Positions 45,001 to 47,436 of a DNA stretch of 47,436 nucleotides are shown piece by piece. This stretch comes from Saprospiraceae bacterium (GTDB lineage Bacteria; Bacteroidota; Bacteroidia; Chitinophagales; Saprospiraceae): contig JALVCY010000042.1 in NCBI GenBank assembly GCA_027009605.1, positions 1 to 47,436 on the forward strand, read 5' to 3'. The translations under genes and the position numbers were made by a program. The notes beneath the pieces are model-generated. The model was not told the DNA's origin. It did not search any database and saw only the letters and a program-made list of their open reading frames with translations. Numbering within the stretch: the stretch's first letter is position 1; the number at the start of each line of letters is the position of its first letter.

Positions 45001-45937
45001 AAAAATAGTCGATAAAGAATCAGCGAATACACCGGTAACAGGTCTAAAGCCCGGTCATATTTATCATTTTGAATGGGAACTGGATGACGCCGGATGTGGT
45101 GTCCAAGTAGATACCGTCCGGGTACGTATTGCAAGTGGGCCTCCTTCTGCAGGACAAGATTTATCGCTTTGCAGTCTGGATAGTTGTGTCAGTTTAATGG
45201 CCGGTAATTTAGGTGGTGAAGACGACGGTGAGTGGTCAACCTATGATTCCGGTGCTGAAATTCTTTTTCCGTATAGTGAAGAGACTTCTGCTTGTAATCT
45301 TCGGCAAGGGGTTAATCCGTTTGTTTGGACTATTAATAATGGCGCCTGTGGCAGTTGGTCAAAGGATACGGTCTTTATTAATTTTGCTTATACTCCTGTT
45401 GCGCAAGCAGATACTTTTGACTTAGAATATGGAATTCGCAACGTGATTAATATTTGTGATAATGACCAACTCTACTCGGAGCATACGATTGAAATTTTGA
45501 ACAATCCGGCGCACTGTAAGATTGTAAGTATGAGTCAAAATGGGGAGATATTGATTGCTCCAAATGAAGATTATGTCGGAGAAGATGTTTTTATCTATCA
45601 AGTTTGTAATAACTCCTGTGGCGAATGTACGGATGCCACTGTAGTCTTGCAAATCGGAGCCATGAAAGATTGTAAAGTGCCGACTATATTTACGCCGGAT
45701 GGAGATGGAATCAATGACTATTTGATTATTCCTTGTTTATTGACCAATCAATATCAAGAATCCACCTTGTCTGTATTTAACCAATGGGGGGACGAAATCT
45801 TTTATGAAAAAGACTATCACAATAACTGGGCAGGCCAATATCACGGGACTCCTATTCCGGAAGGGACTTATTACTATATCTTTGACCTAGGAAATGGTCA
45901 AACACCCCAGCGGGGCTTTTTTGTTGTAAAATACTAA
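39053..45937 (+). CDS. Giant surface protein (2294 aa) with HYR-like and Ig-like repeats and a T9SS type-B C-terminal sorting domain
   Basis: It starts with a signal peptide. About five modules starting D(T/Q)TPP and rich in paired Cys follow, then two HYR-like domains, each carrying a large insert. About a dozen Ig-like units of roughly 80 aa come next (for example ...YTYQWSGPNSFSSTSATPFIPSP...GSYSVTITGTSGCTS). The C-terminus is VPTIFTPDGDGINDYLII...FNQWGDEIF...IPEGTYYYIF. Confidence 0.9.
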   Translation: MTSRLHWTYQVILLLIISFLSSGSQLRAQEYFSFSYGGPDTIFVGNDCTAPYTFHGDSIHILSLVNANVSWDYDYATAGYEYGDLVQAGQTVSMPVPTWDDQSHADTFYFDIYFADTLSPVFDASSLPPPVLFFNNLADVPPPANPTATDNCGSVNIQYTQTTLADTCAGGPFYRIWTATDSYGNQTSFTQQLVLNGDQTPPQFNAWPTNGQTDCATFTTDYPVWLAQNMNTIQATDPSEPVVYSNDSPSNFNFSCDTSFVVTFTATDYCGNFSNVTATYHVLDTTPPWIVHIPVDTTVDCDQVPMALRLNNGLEVEDCDTNLIEVFSESSSQDTNVLSCSHYTYTIVRTWTIQDHCGNETSFQQIVSVQDTTPPVFATHPQDLSVPCYQVPEFIDLVATDACEAPVTIQKDETIHLGNCPANYERLRSWTAQDVCANQNIYTQTIHVFDTLAPTFVYVPGDTMVNCNQIPPLQNLIALDSCDSDVLVTPSETSTQNSDLTDCGHYNYTLTRTWLASDDCVNISTATQTIQVVDQEPPVILCPANITVATDSGSCEKTMLIPNPATYFDACTFAQATESISASAPITHPANTDANSTPVSVQLQLTTAQPTTSIAGNITLTIDLTNVDAEALGEFFKIYAEDSTLIGHTLPTPTQCGSNTTNLTNISTVQLSNWLADGTLELFLVSAGQGIDAINDICPGGLVTATLTYDFYEPNAPLTIQYALDNENPESWPNNIPSILPQGSHTVSYWAQDCSGNQDSCSFQIVVQDMESPSIQCPGDLVAYVTEDACHASVSLPYPGSFTDNCSLSNLFDFASDTTYIAFTNNGNAGTVPQAITYDISGVSANAISDAQIVVQFQGDNADAGEHFLVYGENNQLLGQTANGNFTQECQMPVATVLTISKDSVNSWASDGHILLQLIPETDAGVYANFIHPCGNLTPDLIDSSSTIQLTLQYASTSISYALPDTAGFVKAGNPIVLDLAPAEYPVTYTVTDGSGLQAMCHWTISVLDTIRPVALAQNAIVAVNPSGIDSSSIDPTIVNAGSYDNCEIVSMTLAPNTFSCDQAGQTLPIVLTVVDAAGNVGRDTANVLITNEQPAPTFTQGVCGNDTLFLSANPPSASANAYTYQWSGPNSFSSTSATPFIPSPTNNNVGSYSVTITGTSGCTSANTIQIQLNASPDAPQLTVNKPTICPGDPLVLSTQGFAGGDVHYLWYEGLPPNGNLLSTTNNNVFTIDFPPSGENNYYATVDIGGCVSVYSNVVNVNVSPDINLVVVHDSLEVCTGDEVHLGLTTAPVGIQYTWFGPHQFSANTPSAQFQADSLAQSGLYIISATKDGCVYQPDTTFVLIRTTPATPIVSTNSPICEDESLLLEVTNYANGTTLHWTKNGLDTLLQSNLLALEGKLSQAGYWTVSADDGYCQSPDVTTEIFVSPTPTVKIDSVGNVCLGQPMALSFSSNPTAETQSWSGPGSFSSPLANPVTPATPGLYRLTVKTGAGCSAKDSIFIHPKELPEITALSSTSDGCFDGEEIELIPTVFPANTNYEYHWSGPNSYNVCCDIAQPVISNASENINGYYSLQVVDEFGCTSQEKTILISGQDKPARPVLTTATPSLCEGEAISLEISNSSVYPVDSVFVRWVTPKGLVDTAKYQFMKDVADSFDEGSYFAVISVNGCVSDTSSGLYLNIKPKPAKPFVSWNSPLCVGETLHLSTIPVSGAIYHWFGQDNIPGVSDPKISGVQLADAGNYAVQIEVDGCESEISDSVNVMIKPLPVKPVIDFTSPICLTGGQLDLSISPSTQAPGAQYTWITNPNDTIGATSFFTKYSTDNLSNYQDGSHQFYATVQQNGCVNVSDVITIEMDEMPSNNADAGVDANFCIDQQVSLHAEWPSVGKGIWRQVSGLTANITNPDTNLTTINGVSPNLTYGFEWSLSKGGCIAYSKDTVLVSVVTPELADAGSFIDTCLVSEVTLAATPPSSTGGHWLPSTQDGIKIVDKESANTPVTGLKPGHIYHFEWELDDAGCGVQVDTVRVRIASGPPSAGQDLSLCSLDSCVSLMAGNLGGEDDGEWSTYDSGAEILFPYSEETSACNLRQGVNPFVWTINNGACGSWSKDTVFINFAYTPVAQADTFDLEYGIRNVINICDNDQLYSEHTIEILNNPAHCKIVSMSQNGEILIAPNEDYVGEDVFIYQVCNNSCGECTDATVVLQIGAMKDCKVPTIFTPDGDGINDYLIIPCLLTNQYQESTLSVFNQWGDEIFYEKDYHNNWAGQYHGTPIPEGTYYYIFDLGNGQTPQRGFFVVKY

Positions 45938-45941
45938 TTCG

Positions 45942-46901
45942 ATGAAGCATTTAACAGGTTTACTTTGGGTCGTTTTGATGTGTGTTAGTAGTACTTTGCT
46001 TGCTCAGCAGGAAGAGCAATACACGATGTTTATGCTCAATAAATTGTACTACAATCCCGCCTACGCAGGCGCAGATGCCCCCCTTACGGTAAATGCAGCC
46101 ACCCGGCATCAATGGGTTGGATTTGACGGTGCCCCTTCCGCCCAAAAGCTTTCAAGTGATTTTACCTTATTTCATGCACGGTTGGGTATGGGTTTTCATT
46201 TGGTTTATAACACGATGGGCATCAGCAAAAAAATTCAGTTTACGGGGAGTTATGCTTACCGAGTCCAGGTTCAAAATGGTTATTTTGGAGTCGGCGTCAA
46301 TGCCAGTATAAGATATACCGATGATAACTACCAAGATAAGCGGCTTTTTAGCTCGACAGATATTTCTATGGATGGCAGCATTCCGATGGAAGCAGAGACT
46401 TCTTTTAGCCCCGATTTTGGTATCGGCTTCTACTACAAAGCGGATCGTTTTTACATTGGGGCATCCCTCCCGAACATGTTAAATGTCAGAAGGACTCAAG
46501 TTGCCAACAATCAAACAATCAGCCTAGACAGACATCATTATTACCTTATGACCGGATATAGCCTAAATCTGAATAGAGTCATTTTAATCACTCCCCAAAT
46601 CCTGTTAAAGTATGTCGCCGGAGCTCCTTTGGATGGCGACATCAATGTCATGACGACGTTTGACAAAAAATACAAACTTGGCCTAGGCTACCGTCTTGGG
46701 GGCAACCTGCAAAACGGCTCCGGAGAATCTTTCGATGTGATGTTTGGCTTGCCCATCACCACGCCCATTTTCTTTGGACTTTCTTATGATATGACCATCT
46801 CCAAGCTAAGCAAGTATAACAGTGGAAGCATTGAGGCCATTCTTCAATACCGGATTAATAATCATTTGGCTGTGACTCCCATGAGCCCTAGATTCTTTTG
46901 A
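45942..46901 (+). CDS. PorP/SprF-family type IX secretion system membrane protein
   Basis: 319 aa. After the signal peptide comes QQEEQYTMFMLNKLYYNPAYAG, which matches the PorP/SprF N-terminal signature (QQDPxFSQYMFNxLxxNPAYAG). The remainder has beta-barrel-like alternating hydrophobicity. The gene starts 4 nt after the giant CDS. Confidence 0.88.
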   Translation: MKHLTGLLWVVLMCVSSTLLAQQEEQYTMFMLNKLYYNPAYAGADAPLTVNAATRHQWVGFDGAPSAQKLSSDFTLFHARLGMGFHLVYNTMGISKKIQFTGSYAYRVQVQNGYFGVGVNASIRYTDDNYQDKRLFSSTDISMDGSIPMEAETSFSPDFGIGFYYKADRFYIGASLPNMLNVRRTQVANNQTISLDRHHYYLMTGYSLNLNRVILITPQILLKYVAGAPLDGDINVMTTFDKKYKLGLGYRLGGNLQNGSGESFDVMFGLPITTPIFFGLSYDMTISKLSKYNSGSIEAILQYRINNHLAVTPMSPRFF

Positions 46902-46937
46902 TTTAGCTGCAGGAAAACCCGCTTGGCCGATTATTCA

Positions 46938-47345
46938 ACTTCTTCAACTAGCAAAGATTTCATCCGGAGCCAATGGCATAGAAGGGAACATTTTGGCTCA
47001 CCAATCACTCCGCTGCGCTCCGTGCTTAGCGATCCACGTCCCAAGCGAATCTCAACCACGAAGTCCGTAGGAAAAGCTCAACCAGGGAGTCAAAGACAAA
47101 CGTCTTAACTTCTTCAACTAGCAAAGATTTCATCCGAAGCCAATGGCATAGAGGGGAACATTTTGGCTCACCAATCACTCCGCTGCGCTCCGTGCTTAGC
47201 GATCCACGTCCCAAGCGAATCTCAACCACGAAGTCCGAAGGACGAGTTCTCAACCCAGCGAGCCGAAGGCGAACGTCTCAACTTTCTCAACTTCTTCAAC
47301 TAGCGAAGCCTGCGAGCGAATCAACTTTTTCAACTCTATCAACTA
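46938..47345 (+). repeat. Repeat family C: tandem repeat with a 170-bp period (two copies plus a partial third)
   Basis: acttcttcaactagcaaagatttcatcc... begins at 46938 and at 47108. The first 130 nt or so of the two copies differ at 2 positions by my count. A third partial copy starts at 47290. Confidence 0.85.
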
Positions 47346-47436
47346 AAAAAAAACGAACAGAATATCGAATGCAGAATGCAGAATATCGAATAATGAAGAA
47401 AAAAAAACACCCTCTACTCAAGCCAAAGACTAAAAA

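Noticed and set aside
39116-45652. Many 60-151-aa ORFs antisense to or out of frame within the 2294-aa gene, for example 40019..40474 and 39132..39518. The same applies inside 10477..19134, 19264..21579, icmF, ccsBA, rimK and the deacylase gene.
   Set aside because: They are embedded in long ORFs with clear domain and repeat structure. Their translations are Arg/Ile/Cys-rich nonsense with no motifs, which is typical of shadow ORFs.
46923-47253. ORFs 46923..47108 (+) and 47026..47253 (-) after porP/sprF
   Set aside because: They overlap one another on opposite strands inside the 170-bp tandem repeat, so the apparent coding potential is a by-product of repeat sequence.

Overview
This is a 47.4-kb chromosomal window, almost certainly from a Bacteroidota genome. 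Supporting signs are three proteins ending in the T9SS type-B (gliding-motility) C-terminal sorting domain, a PorP/SprF gene, a fused CcsBA cytochrome c synthetase, ribosomal protein THX, and TAnnTTTG -7 promoter boxes in front of several genes. About 18 kb (38%) encodes three giant repeat-built surface proteins of roughly 2885, 771 and 2294 aa. Only the last of these has an adjacent PorP/SprF partner. The rest is housekeeping or metabolism: DUF2851 (partial), a short tail-less SSB, a divergent Nramp-like transporter, a small tandem PSCyt1 heme-motif lipoprotein, a PaaY-like LbH protein, tRNA-Leu(GAG), an AsmA-like protein, HtpG, fused isobutyryl-CoA mutase IcmF, a ccsBA / NadR-like kinase / FAD-oxidoreductase operon, MutY, THX, an enoyl-CoA hydratase, and a RimK plus M14/AstE-like deacylase pair. 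I see no cas genes, integrase, transposase, restriction-modification, toxin-antitoxin or other canonical defence or mobility genes. The least ordinary content is non-coding. At least three dispersed repeat families (A, B, C) fill the large intergenic gaps, including an approximately 840-bp ORF-free block bounded by inverted repeats next to tRNA-Leu, a 273-bp tandem duplication, and a 170-bp tandem repeat. There is also a phased 10-bp AAACGTTT array upstream of ssb and a promoter-plus-terminator unit that could encode a small RNA. All family names come from motif recognition by eye and memory. No database search was run.
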